Shown: positions 37,343-47,101, counted from the first letter of the stretch. The stretch is 64,000 bases of DNA from Candidatus Thermoflexus sinensis (GCA_016842045.1 JAEVEY010000140.1:23242-87241), one strand, 5' to 3'. Made by a program: numbers and translations. Notes: generated from the sequence alone by a model not told the origin.

Positions 37343-38191
37343 TTACCGTTGCCACCAGTCCTTGCGGGACCGGGGATCCATGAACACGTTGTTATCCCGC
37401 ACCCCCACATCGATCTGCGCCCCTCGCGCCCGGCCAATGGGCTGCCCGCCGCGGACGGCTGGCAGCCATCCCCGCCCGCCGGCGTTCCACTGCTGGTAGA
37501 GGCCCAGCAGGGAGGGCTCCACGCAGATCCCGGTGATATAGACGGTGTATCCCTGTTGCGTGCTATCTTCGCCGGTGTATTTCAGGGTGATCTGTTGGGT
37601 ATCCGCATACAGGACCAGCGCGTCGAAACCATTGCCGATATTGTAACCGCTGTCGGGGACGTAGATGATCTCACCGGGGTTCACCCGGAAGCCGGCGATC
37701 GTGACCGGGGGCCATCCAGGGGGTGGCGGCAGAGGCCGGTGGTTCTGCCAGTCCCAGCCGTTGTTTTTGTAAACGTTCTGGAAAACCGGGATGCGGTGAT
37801 CGCCGAACAGGAAGCGAAACTGGGGTGCCATGGAATCGAAGTCCCCTCCATACTCCACGAGCCCTTTATACTCGTTGACCGGCACGTAGCCCAGGAGAAG
37901 CAGATTGTAATCCGGGTTGGCGGCGACATCAAAGGAGACCGGGTTGATGACGGGGAAAGTCTCATAGGAGACGCCGGGGATCGGTTCGCAGACGCTCCGG
38001 GAAACCAGCGGGAGATAAACGCGATGAGTGGCCGCGATCTGATAAGAGGCGGTAGGGGTAGGGGACACGGTGTCATAGGCCCGAGGGGCGGAGGTCATTC
38101 CAGCCTCCCCGTAGATCCCGTAGAGGATCCAGACCAGCCCCAGGGCCGCCGCCCATCCACTTCCGCCCAGCCATTTGCCCTGCCGAACCAT
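37343..38191 (-). CDS. Exported/membrane-anchored hypothetical protein with RVYLPLV motif
   Basis: N-terminal hydrophobic helix, Thr/Pro linker, HRVYLPLVSR, then a domain I do not recognise. GGAGG-like RBS. Confidence 0.75.
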   Translation of the reverse strand: MVRQGKWLGGSGWAAALGLVWILYGIYGEAGMTSAPRAYDTVSPTPTASYQIAATHRVYLPLVSRSVCEPIPGVSYETFPVINPVSFDVAANPDYNLLLLGYVPVNEYKGLVEYGGDFDSMAPQFRFLFGDHRIPVFQNVYKNNGWDWQNHRPLPPPPGWPPVTIAGFRVNPGEIIYVPDSGYNIGNGFDALVLYADTQQITLKYTGEDSTQQGYTVYITGICVEPSLLGLYQQWNAGGRGWLPAVRGGQPIGRARGAQIDVGVRDNNVFMDPRSRKDWWQR

Positions 38192-38588
38192 CCGCTCCTC
38201 CTGGTCTTGAGGCTTCCATTAAGGTGGGTGTGGCGATTCCGCCATTCTCGCACAACACGATCCGGATCTGGGCGTTTCCTGCGGGTTTCCTCCCGGAGCT
38301 TGGGGGACCGAGCCGCGCTTTTGGTACGCGGCTCGGCCCTCAAATTGTTTTTCATCCCCCCTCCCCGCGGCCCATTGGGCCATGGGGAGGGGGTGGACAG
38401 GGCCACCGAAGGTGGCCCTGTCCACCCCAAAAAACCTGAATGGATTTTGAGCCCCTTTTCACCTCGAAACCGACATAAGCCCGCATCGTTCCAGGTGGGC
38501 GAGCTTAGCCCCGGCAATCCTGGGCTGAGTCCAGGCCTGAGCGCATCCTTCCGCGCCGCTGTGCCGCGAGGAGAGATCAGAGGGAGCT

Positions 38589-39653
38589 TCAGCGAATTTG
38601 GGTTTCCTGTTCTTCAGCCTCCACGGCTGTCGCGGCCTGGGGGCTGGTTGAGGCCACGAAGAACGTCCAGGTGTAAGTCTGCCCGTTCACCGTGATGGAG
38701 ACCGTATAACGAGAGCCGGGGGAGAGAGGATCCCTGGGGATCATGACGATGGCATCCCGGCTGTTCAGGATCTGGCGCCCTAACCGTTGCTGGTTCCCAT
38801 CGGGGTTTGTGTAATTTGTTTCATCAAACACGCAGCGTTCCACCGGCACGCCGTCCCGCCACAGGCCATGACCCGTCACGGAGGGGGTTAAGGAGCCGGT
38901 CCCCAGAAGCAGCAGGATGGGAAGGCCTGTCGGGGCGGTATAGCCACAGTGGGTCAGGGGATCCGGGTATTCCCCAACCTGGAAGGCGCGCAGGGGGGTA
39001 GTGCTCCCGTCGCCTGGCCAGCGGATGGGGAAAGAGACGCCTGCTGCGCTGGTTCCCAGCCCACGCCATATATCCAGCGCAGCCCCCATCTGAAATCCGC
39101 CGTCCGCCTCCCGATAGGAGCCGTAGCCCACCTGGATCAGGCGGGGATCCAGCATCCCCACGGCGTGGAAAGGCGCCTGCATCCAGACATCGATCGCATA
39201 CGCATCGGAGGCGGTGGCGCTGGAGCTCACCATCACGTTCGCGTTCCGTCCACACTCATCCCCTTCCCGGGTGTACCATTGGTTCTGATGATCCTCGGCG
39301 TGGGTGATCACATCGTTCTTCACCATATACCGGGCGTGCTTCCAGCAGCCATCATTCCACTCAGGTCGTTCGGCTACCGGGGGCAGCCCGGCCATCGCGC
39401 GATAAGCGTTCAGGCGGGCGAGCCATTCCGTGGGGAGGGTGGCGGGGGGACGGAGGATCAGGGGAAGGAACACTCGATAGGTGGTTGCGCTTTCGGCGGC
39501 CTCCACGCGGGTTCCTGGTTCCACAAAGGCAAAGCCCGAGGCGCCCTCAGGGCTCCCATTTCGAAAGAACCATCCCACCAAACTGACCAGCAATACCAGC
39601 TCCCAAATCCCTCTCCGAATCCATCGCCTCCAGATCCCCCATTCCTTATCCAT
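38589..39653 (-). CDS. CAP (SCP/Tpx-1/Ag5) domain exported protein with RVFLPLI motif
   Basis: LARLNAYRAMAGLP, HARYM, WMQAPFHAVGML, VGYG. Start trimmed to ATG 39653 because the longer ORF runs through the tRNA. Confidence 0.82.
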   Translation of the reverse strand: MDKEWGIWRRWIRRGIWELVLLVSLVGWFFRNGSPEGASGFAFVEPGTRVEAAESATTYRVFLPLILRPPATLPTEWLARLNAYRAMAGLPPVAERPEWNDGCWKHARYMVKNDVITHAEDHQNQWYTREGDECGRNANVMVSSSATASDAYAIDVWMQAPFHAVGMLDPRLIQVGYGSYREADGGFQMGAALDIWRGLGTSAAGVSFPIRWPGDGSTTPLRAFQVGEYPDPLTHCGYTAPTGLPILLLLGTGSLTPSVTGHGLWRDGVPVERCVFDETNYTNPDGNQQRLGRQILNSRDAIVMIPRDPLSPGSRYTVSITVNGQTYTWTFFVASTSPQAATAVEAEEQETQIR

Positions 39654-39864
39654 CGTTCTGTGCTCCAGAGTTTGGGTCAGGTTGGTTATAACCATTTTAC
39701 TCGGTTGGATTTGGGTTGTCAAGAGGGGGGATCGATCTGAAATGGGTGAGGAAGGTCTGGAGGGCACCGGAGGCGGCCTTGTCGTCAGCCTCCCATTCAT
39801 CTGGAGCCCAGGAAAAATAGCCCGGGCCCCTGCATCCATTCGGTCTTCCCAGGGCCCGGGCTCC

Positions 39865-39956
39865 TGGCGGAGGGGGTGGGATTCGAACCCACGAGGGGCG
39901 GAAACACCCCTACGCGCTCTCCAGGCGCGCGCCTTCGTCCACTCGGCCACCCCTCC
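39865..39956 (-). tRNA. tRNA-Ser (anticodon GGA), CCA encoded
   Basis: Acceptor GGAGGGG/CCCCTCC-G-CCA, D-loop GAGTGG, anticodon arm GCGCGC-CTGGAGA-GCGCGT, long variable arm, T arm GTGGG-TTCGAAT-CCCAC. Confidence 0.97.
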
Positions 39957-39971
39957 GGACCGCATTTTTAT

Positions 39972-40113
39972 TAGGACTTACGCAGTTCGTTTCCCATGGG
40001 GGCAAGGATTTTTCTCCCCCCTCCCCACGGCCCAAAGGGCCGTGGGGAGGGGGGAGAAAGGGGGGTGGGGCCATTCCGTCCCACCTTTAGAGCTTTCAAC
40101 TGCGTAACTCCTA
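39972..40113. mobile_element. MITE, TAGG-TIR family, subtype A
   Basis: Intact TIRs. 6 bp direct repeat TTTTAT on both flanks. Lies 15 bp upstream of the tRNA. Confidence 0.9.
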
Positions 40114-40298
40114 TTTTATTATAACGCATGCCGTGGGGAGAGGGGAGAGAAACCATTTTTCAAAGCCCACCGAATCGAAAGGAACCAGGCTGGAGGAGCC
40201 TGTGAGACGCGGATTCGCCTTTCGCAACCTTCAAGAGGGAGACGATCCGCCGGATCCCACGGCCCTCCCGTCCGCATCTCTGCCTGCTTTTTCTCCCC

Positions 40299-41369
40299 TC
40301 AGGACGGTGATGGGGAACTGCTCAGTGGCCAGATGAACACATCCTCTGCGGGGATCGCCAGAGATAGCTGTTCCCCTCGGCGGACGGATGTAGCGCCAGC
40401 CGGCAGGATCAGCCGAAGCTGTCCTTCCCCAACCCGTAACCATACTTCCCGATGGAGCCCCCGGAATAGGCTATCGATCACCTCGCCGGCCAGCACATTG
40501 AGGGGCTCTGTATCCCTGGATCGAAGCGTGTGGCGGATCAGGACGAGAGCCGGGTCATGGGGCCGCACAGGCCCGCGAGGCCGACCCCGCAGCACCCCGA
40601 GAGGTGTCCGAACTTCCACGATCTCATCCACGGCCAGCACCTGCCCCTCCAGGAAGGTGCCCAGATCCAGAAAGCGCGCCACGAAAGGGGTAGCAGGATC
40701 CTGATACAAGGCCTCCGGCGGGCCGATCTGCTCGATCCTTCCCCGGTGGAGGATCAGCACCCGATCGGCGACCGCCATCGCCTCGCTCTGATCGTGGGTG
40801 ACGTAAAGGGCGGTCATCCGTTCGGCTTTCAGGAGCTCCCGGATCTCCTTCATCAGTTGCTCCCGCAACGCCCGGTCCAGGGATCCCAGCGGCTCATCCA
40901 GCAGCAGGATCGCCGGCCGCGGGGCCAGGCTGCGGGCCAGGGCGACCCGCTGTTTCTCTCCCCCGGAGAGGGTGTGAACCTCGCGACGCTCATAACCGGA
41001 TAACCCGACCTGGCTCAGCAACGCCCGCACCCGATCCCGGATCTCCGGTTCCGGAAGCCGCTGCATGCGCAGCCCAAAGGCGATGTTTTCAAAGACGTTC
41101 AGATGGGGGAAGAGGGCATATTCCTGAAACATGAGGCCGATCCGGCGTCGGTGCGGGGGAACGCCAGCGAGGTCCTGGTCATCGAGGAGGATCCGCCCCT
41201 CATCGGGGGGCTCCAGGCCGGCGATGAGGCGCAGCAGCGTGCTCTTTCCGCTCCCGCTGGGGCCCAGGACGACCATGATCTCCTCATCGGCCACCTCGAA
41301 CGTGACGTGATCGAGGGCCACCTGGTCGCCATAGCGACGGGTCAACCCGATGATCTTCAGGTCAGGCAT
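40299..41369 (-). CDS. ABC transporter ATP-binding protein (PotA/ThiQ/FbpC class, TOBE domain)
   Basis: GPSGSGKS, FQEYALFPHL, LSGGEKQRVALAR, LLLDEP, VTHDQSEA. Confidence 0.92.
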   Translation of the reverse strand: MPDLKIIGLTRRYGDQVALDHVTFEVADEEIMVVLGPSGSGKSTLLRLIAGLEPPDEGRILLDDQDLAGVPPHRRRIGLMFQEYALFPHLNVFENIAFGLRMQRLPEPEIRDRVRALLSQVGLSGYERREVHTLSGGEKQRVALARSLAPRPAILLLDEPLGSLDRALREQLMKEIRELLKAERMTALYVTHDQSEAMAVADRVLILHRGRIEQIGPPEALYQDPATPFVARFLDLGTFLEGQVLAVDEIVEVRTPLGVLRGRPRGPVRPHDPALVLIRHTLRSRDTEPLNVLAGEVIDSLFRGLHREVWLRVGEGQLRLILPAGATSVRRGEQLSLAIPAEDVFIWPLSSSPSPS

Positions 41370-41532
41370 AGGTCTCGCCGATCCCTCCGTCCTGGATTCC
41401 GGTTGTCGCTCATGGAGCGGCCGGCCGCAAGCCTGGCATCCCTGCTTCCGCGCGTCCATCCCTTTTCCTTTCTGCCCCGCTGGATCGCGCGAAGAGGCAA
41501 GAAGGGGGAAAGGTCTTCTTCTGCCTGGAGTT

Positions 41533-42618
41533 TCAGGATGCTCGCGCTGTCAAGCGACCTGAGGCATGAAGCCCCGTTCGCTCCAGCAATGCCGCGACGT
41601 TGTCGCGCCATGTTGCTCGATCCTCTCGCCCCTCGGCCAGATCCTCGAGGATCCGTGCGAGGGCGGCGTGGACCGGGGTGGGAACTCCGGCGCGAGCCCC
41701 GTGGCGCACCACTGCGCCGCAATAGGCTTCGAGCTCCAGCCGGGCACCTCGCTGCAGGTCCTGGTGCAGCGAGGGAAGTTTCTCTCCCCGCCCCCGCGCT
41801 CCCATGGCGGCCAGGATCGGTCGGAGGAGGGGGTCAGGCCCCCAGCGTATCGCCCAGGCCAGCAGCGGGACCGGATATCCGGGAAGCGGGACGGGCCGGA
41901 GGCCCAGCGCCCGCATCACGGTCAGGGCTTCCCGGAACGCCGCCCGCTCCACGGCGAACGTCCGGGGATCGCGGAGCACCCGCTCCGTGGGCCAGTCCAG
42001 GATCGCGCAAGTGGCGTTGGCGATCAGGTTGAGCAACAGCTTCGACCACTTCATCGCCCGGGGGTCCGGGTAGAGGCGGGTGGAGAAGCCAGCCATCTGC
42101 AGGAGCGCCTGCCATTCCCGCAGATCCTGAACCGGGGCCATGGGGGCCAGCCCCAGCCCGCCACGGGTCCGTTCCAGCCGGACGACTCCCGGCGCGACCA
42201 CGGAGACCGGCTGGGTGAGCGTTCCGGCCACCACCCGCTCCGCTCCGAACGCCGTGGCGAGCCGGGCTTCCCCATCGACGCCGTTCTGCCAGCAGAACAG
42301 CAGGGGGGAACGCCATCCCTTGCGCTGGATGGCCGCGATCGCCGCCTCCGTATCGTAAGCCTTCACGGTCAGGAAGATCGCGTCCACCTCCGAATGGACC
42401 GCGTCCAGGTCGGAGATGGCGTGAGGCCGGGTGGTGAGTTGCAGGCCATCCGGACGCAGGAGGGTCAGCCCGTGGCGCTGGATCGCCTCGGCCACATGAG
42501 GGCGGCCGAGGAGGATCACCTGGTGGCCGAAGGCGCTCAACATCGCCCCCAGATATCCTCCCACCGCCCCGGCGCCGAAGATCAGGATCCGTCGAACGGG
42601 AACGGATTCCACGGGCAT
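41533..42618 (-). CDS. panE: Ketopantoate reductase family
   Basis: GAGAVGG, TVKAYD, QNG, KWSKLLLN, SLHQDLQRG..LE. Confidence 0.85.
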   Translation of the reverse strand: MPVESVPVRRILIFGAGAVGGYLGAMLSAFGHQVILLGRPHVAEAIQRHGLTLLRPDGLQLTTRPHAISDLDAVHSEVDAIFLTVKAYDTEAAIAAIQRKGWRSPLLFCWQNGVDGEARLATAFGAERVVAGTLTQPVSVVAPGVVRLERTRGGLGLAPMAPVQDLREWQALLQMAGFSTRLYPDPRAMKWSKLLLNLIANATCAILDWPTERVLRDPRTFAVERAAFREALTVMRALGLRPVPLPGYPVPLLAWAIRWGPDPLLRPILAAMGARGRGEKLPSLHQDLQRGARLELEAYCGAVVRHGARAGVPTPVHAALARILEDLAEGREDRATWRDNVAALLERTGLHASGRLTARAS

Positions 42619-42625
42619 GATAGGC

Positions 42626-43390
42626 TCAGGCCTTCGCCCGGGCCGTCTCATGGATGATCCCCAGGAATGTCTCCGCCTTGAGGCTCGCCCCGCCCACCAG
42701 CGCTCCATCGATGGTGGGGCGGCAGACGAACTCCGCGATGTTCTCCGGGGTCACGCTCCCTCCATACAGGACTCGCACCCGCCGCGCCACTTCCGGCCCG
42801 AAGAGCTCCTCCAGGGTCCCCCGAACCCAGCGCTGGATCACCTCTTCCGCATCCGCCCCGGTGGCCGCCCGGCCGGTCCCGATGGCCCAGACGGGCTCGT
42901 AGGCGATGACCAGACCAGCGGCCTGCTCCGGCGAAAGCCCTTCTAAGGCGCGCCGGGTCTGGGTGGCCACCACGGTTCCGGTCTCCCCGGCCTCCCGCTG
43001 GGCCAGTGTCTCCCCCACACACAGGATGGGGATCAGACCGTGGCGCAGAGCGGCGAGGACTTTGCGGCGGATCATCTCATCATCTTCATGGAAATACTGG
43101 CGACGCTCCGAGTGACCGATGATCACATACTGGCACCATTCTTTCAGCATCACCGGGGAGATCTCCCCGGTGAAGGCTCCGGCGTCCTCCCAGTGAACGT
43201 TCTGAGCCCCCAGGCGGATCGAGGAGCCCTGAAGCACAGCGTGGACGGCGGGGATCGCGGTGAAGGGGGGGCAGAGGACAACTTCCACCGTTTGGGTCTG
43301 GAGACCTTCCCGGATCGCCCGGGCCAGCGCCTGCCCCTCCGTTGCCGTTTTGTTCATCTTCCAGTTCCCGGCGATCAGTGGTTGTCGCAT
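42626..43390 (-). CDS. tpiA: Triosephosphate isomerase
   Basis: AGNWKMNK, IGHSERR, AYEPVWAIGTG, LYGGSV, GALVGGASL. Confidence 0.98.
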   Translation of the reverse strand: MRQPLIAGNWKMNKTATEGQALARAIREGLQTQTVEVVLCPPFTAIPAVHAVLQGSSIRLGAQNVHWEDAGAFTGEISPVMLKEWCQYVIIGHSERRQYFHEDDEMIRRKVLAALRHGLIPILCVGETLAQREAGETGTVVATQTRRALEGLSPEQAAGLVIAYEPVWAIGTGRAATGADAEEVIQRWVRGTLEELFGPEVARRVRVLYGGSVTPENIAEFVCRPTIDGALVGGASLKAETFLGIIHETARAKA

Positions 43391-43544
43391 GGTTCACCTC
43401 TTGGAAGGATCCGGAAGATTTGTGGTGGAGGGCGAGACCGTTAGAGGCGACCTTGCCCTCACAAAGTTCCCGCTCATTTGGGCTGAACCGGTGCTGAAGA
43501 CACCCGTTCAGCTCCAGAACCATGTTGCTTCATGGCTTGTGGAG

Positions 43545-43578
43545 GGAGGTAAATAAAGCCCCCAGTTTGCAACAGAGC
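43545..43578 (+). repeat. Family D repeat (GGAGGTAAAT..AAGCCCCCAGTTTGCAACAGAGC)
   Basis: Matches reverse-oriented copies at 45794-45827 and 52531-52565. Confidence 0.7.
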
Positions 43579-43897
43579 ACTTTTATCTATTTTAAGCCAG
43601 ACCTTCGCGCCGGTTCTCATCTCTGCGCCACCAGACGGCACCGGGAGGGCTGGGAAGGCATGCTCAGGACCTGCTGTCACCCCGCCTTTTACTGGCTCTC
43701 AGACGATAATTGACGCCATACAGGTTCGGTGCTAACTTAGCGATAAGCGGATCGAGGTGGAGCCTGCCCCCAAAGGTATAAATTACCTTAGCCCCAAACG
43801 ATATTTCCCCCGGGATCTTTTGGGCCTCGGGGAGGGAAGGGAAAACCGCAGGCAAAGGTGCAGACGCTCAACCCAAAGAGGTTGGGGTGGTCATCGA

Positions 43898-45079
43898 ATG
43901 GCTGAAACGATCCTGGTTGTCGATGATGATGTGCAGGCGGTCAAGCTGATCAGTTTGCTGCTCCAGCGGAAGGGATATCGGGTCACTGCCGCGACCAGCG
44001 GTGCTCAGGCGCTGGCCAGGGCGGAAACCGAGCAACCCGATCTGATCATCCTGGATGTGATGATGCCGGATATGGATGGGCTGGAGGTTTGCCGTCGCCT
44101 GCGAGCGAACCCCAAGACCTCCGGGATCCCCATCCTGATGTTCACCGCGAAGACAGCGGTGGCGGATAAGATCGCCGGCTTCCAGGCGGGCGCGGACGAT
44201 TACCTGACCAAGCCCGTGCATCCGGCGGAGTTGATCTCCCGGGTGGAGGCCCTGCTGCAGCGAGCCGCCCGTCTGAAGGCCGAGGCCACTGCCGGGATCC
44301 AGGCTGCGACCATCGGTTTCCTGGGCGTGAAGGGAGGAGTGGGAACGTCCACTGTGGCGCTGAACACGGCGGTGGCCCTCGCCCAGGGAGGCGGTCACCT
44401 TCCCCCGACGGTCCGAACTCCCCCTCCCGATTTCCGCTATCCTCGAGTGGTGCTGGCGGATCTGGCCCCGCATGGGGGATTGGCCTGCCTGCTTCGACTC
44501 TCCCAGGCTCTGGGGCTGCCCAATGTCCTGGCGTATCCACCTCAGGAGCTGGACCCTCCCACCATCGAAAAATATCTCACGCGCCATGTCAGCGGGCTGC
44601 GGATGTTGCTGGCCCCTTATACCCCGCGGCCGGTGATGCTTTCTGCCGCCCACATCCGCACCCTGGCCCGTCATCTGGCCGCGCTGGGTGATTATGTGCT
44701 CTTTGAAATGGGGCATACGCTGGATGATGGGGCCCGGGCGTTGCTGGGGGAGCTGCGTTATCTGGTCCTGGTCATGGAGCCCACTTCCCTGGCTCTGGTC
44801 CATGCGCGTGAGCTCATCCACGTGTTATCCCAGCTCGGATGGGTCACTCAGCAACTCGGGCTGGTGATCGTGAACCGGGCAGTCTCCGGGATCGCCCTGA
44901 CCCGGCGGCAGATCGAGGAGGCGCTTTCCATCGAACCAATCGGTTTCATTTCCCCGGCCCCTGAGCTGGCCCACCAGGCTGCCGATCAGGGGATCCCGAT
45001 CATTATGCTTCAACCGGAGGGCCTGCTGGCGGAACAGTTCCGCGAGCTGGCCCGGCGTCTGGTGGCTCTCACGAGGTGA
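43898..45079 (+). CDS. Receiver domain fused to TadZ/CpaE-like (inactive MinD-type) domain
   Basis: LVVDDD, IILDVMMP, GADDYLTKP, then GVKGGVGTST (Walker A Lys replaced by Thr). Confidence 0.85.
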   Translation: MAETILVVDDDVQAVKLISLLLQRKGYRVTAATSGAQALARAETEQPDLIILDVMMPDMDGLEVCRRLRANPKTSGIPILMFTAKTAVADKIAGFQAGADDYLTKPVHPAELISRVEALLQRAARLKAEATAGIQAATIGFLGVKGGVGTSTVALNTAVALAQGGGHLPPTVRTPPPDFRYPRVVLADLAPHGGLACLLRLSQALGLPNVLAYPPQELDPPTIEKYLTRHVSGLRMLLAPYTPRPVMLSAAHIRTLARHLAALGDYVLFEMGHTLDDGARALLGELRYLVLVMEPTSLALVHARELIHVLSQLGWVTQQLGLVIVNRAVSGIALTRRQIEEALSIEPIGFISPAPELAHQAADQGIPIIMLQPEGLLAEQFRELARRLVALTR

Positions 45080-45783
45080 AGATGCCAATTCATGCTCGTC
45101 CGATCCATCCCTGGGATGTCTCGCCGGAAGAGGCGGTCCTGATCCAGCAACAGCTCCGCGCTCGGGTGATCCGGACAGGCCCTATGCCGGAACCTGGCGC
45201 GATCATCGTCGGGGTGGATGTCGGCTTTCGAGGCGACGTCGCCCGGGCGGCTGCAGTGGCCGTGCGGTTCCCGGATCTCACGCCACTCTCCCAGGCCGTC
45301 GCAGAGGTCCCCGTGACCTTTCCCTACATCCCGGGCCTGCTGGCTTTCCGGGAGGCCCCAGCCATCCTGGCAGCTCTGGAACGCCTGGAGCTCGAACCTC
45401 ACCTGCTGATGGTCGACGGCCATGGGATCTCCCACCCCCGTCGGATGGGGATCGCAACCCATCTCGGGGTTTACCTGGATCTCCCCTCGATCGGGTGTGC
45501 GAAGTCGAAGCTGTGGGGGCGCTATGAGATGCCGCCGGATGAGCCGGGCGCCTGGACGCCGCTCCGGGATGGGGAGGAGGTCATCGGTGCCGTGTTGTGC
45601 ACGCAGGCAGGGACCAGCCCGGTGTTTGTCTCCATCGGCCATCGCATCTCTCTGGAGAACGCGATCGCCACCGTGATGGCCTGCGTTCGGGGTCACCGGC
45701 TTCCAGAGCCCACCCGCCTGGCCCATCTGGCGGCCGGAGGGGCCGATGTGGTCTCCTCGGCCCGGCAGCCCCGTCTGCTGTAG
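45076..45783 (+). CDS. nfi: Endonuclease V (deoxyinosine 3' endonuclease)
   Basis: GVDVGF, FPYIPGLLAFRE, MVDGHGISHPRRMGIATHLG, IGCAKS, GHRI, LPEPTRLAH. Confidence 0.95.
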   Translation: MKMPIHARPIHPWDVSPEEAVLIQQQLRARVIRTGPMPEPGAIIVGVDVGFRGDVARAAAVAVRFPDLTPLSQAVAEVPVTFPYIPGLLAFREAPAILAALERLELEPHLLMVDGHGISHPRRMGIATHLGVYLDLPSIGCAKSKLWGRYEMPPDEPGAWTPLRDGEEVIGAVLCTQAGTSPVFVSIGHRISLENAIATVMACVRGHRLPEPTRLAHLAAGGADVVSSARQPRLL

Positions 45784-45793
45784 GAAAAAGGTT

Positions 45794-45827
45794 GCTCTGT
45801 TGCAAGCTGGGGGCTTAATTTACCTCC
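45794..45827 (-). repeat. Family D repeat, followed by a REP-like hairpin
   Basis: GCTCTGTTGCAAGCTGGGGGCTTAATTTACCTCC. Confidence 0.7.
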
Positions 45828-45979
45828 TTCCCCACGCCGCTTTGCGGCGCGGGGAAGGAGCAAGCGCGGAACCCGAGCGGGCACCGCCAGGATCGCAAAG
45901 GGGCCGAAAGAAGAGGGACGGATAGGACCTGTAGGGAGGGCCGGTCTGCCCCTGTCGAACTCATGGGGGAGGCGTTCCC

Positions 45980-47083
45980 ATGGCGAGACTGCTGGTGGTG
46001 GATGATGACCCCGACGCCCGACGCTTGATCGGACTGGTGCTTCGGCGTGCAGGCCACGAGATCCTCTACGCAGAGGATGGCTTCCAGGCGCTGGAGGTGA
46101 TGGTCCGGGAGCATCCGGATCTCATCATCCTGGATCTGATGATGCCCGGGATGGACGGTTTTGAGGTCCTGGAAGCTATGCGTCAGCGGGTCGATTTGCA
46201 AGGCCTGCCGGTGATCGTGCTGACCGCCAAAGCGCAGGTGGCTCCGGCGGCGGAGCAGAAGCGTCTGGATGTGCAGGCCTACCTGACCAAGCCCGTTTCC
46301 GCTGAAACCCTGCTGCAGACCGTGCAGGAGACCCTGCAGGCGACCCATCAGGTTCTCCCTTCAGGAGGCCAGGCGCTGGAGATTGCCTGTGGGGAGAGCT
46401 GGCCAGGCAGCGCAGGGGAGTTCCTGGCCCCAGCGCTGGCGGCCGCCCTGGCCGCGCATGCCCCAACGTTCCTGGTCGATGTGGAAGGACAGGGGCGAGG
46501 GGCGATGGTTTTTGATACAGAGCCCCGCCTGACAGCGGAGGACCTGGAAGTGGGACGGGATCCCATCCAGGGCCTGATCCCGATTCAGGAGCGCTTCCAG
46601 GTCTGGTCCGTCTACGGAAAGCCCAGCCCCGCCATGGTGCAACGGGTGGCGGAGCGGCTGGCCTCCCAGGCTGGATTCTTAGTCTGGATGGTCGGGGATC
46701 CCACCGGGCCGGTGGCCATACAGATCCTCCCTCGGTGCCAGCGGATTTTTATCACCTTTGAGAGCCATGGGCCTGGGATGCGGCGGGCGCGGGTCGTGCT
46801 CCGCCAGCTGGAGGAGCTGGGCCTTCGATCGCCCCAGGTCTGGCCGATCTGGGTGCGACGCTGGACTGTTCCCGAGCCGTGGACGGAGATGGAGATCCAG
46901 AACCGGCTGGGGGGCGTCCCCATCCGGGTCTGGCCGGTGGATCCGGTGACCGCCCATCGAGCCCTGCAGGATGGTCGGCCGATCCAGGAGATCGAGCCGG
47001 AAAGCCCCACTGCCCATCGCATCCGGGAATGGGCTGGTGAGATCCTGGAGCTTGCGAAAAGGGTGCCCCGTGAGGGATCCTGA
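45980..47083 (+). CDS. Receiver domain fused to a highly degenerate TadZ/CpaE-like domain
   Basis: LLVVDDD, IILDLMMP, AYLTKP. The C-terminal part keeps MinD-like spacing but has no Walker A. Ends A.R...G.PI.E..P.SP.A. Confidence 0.75.
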   Translation: MARLLVVDDDPDARRLIGLVLRRAGHEILYAEDGFQALEVMVREHPDLIILDLMMPGMDGFEVLEAMRQRVDLQGLPVIVLTAKAQVAPAAEQKRLDVQAYLTKPVSAETLLQTVQETLQATHQVLPSGGQALEIACGESWPGSAGEFLAPALAAALAAHAPTFLVDVEGQGRGAMVFDTEPRLTAEDLEVGRDPIQGLIPIQERFQVWSVYGKPSPAMVQRVAERLASQAGFLVWMVGDPTGPVAIQILPRCQRIFITFESHGPGMRRARVVLRQLEELGLRSPQVWPIWVRRWTVPEPWTEMEIQNRLGGVPIRVWPVDPVTAHRALQDGRPIQEIEPESPTAHRIREWAGEILELAKRVPREGS

Positions 47084-47101
47084 ACATTTCAGGAGGTCGT
47101 C

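Noticed and set aside
39865-39956. tRNA as possible tRNA-Sec, given the selenoprotein
   Set aside because: Anticodon is GGA and the acceptor stem is 7 bp: an ordinary tRNA-Ser.
39654-39965. N-terminal extension of the CAP-domain ORF
   Set aside because: Runs through the tRNA-Ser gene. The real start is taken as ATG 39653, ahead of the hydrophobic anchor.
43545-45827. Inverted family D repeats as a composite transposon or invertible segment
   Set aside because: No transposase or recombinase nearby, no flanking duplication, and further copies occur elsewhere, so independent insertions are more likely.
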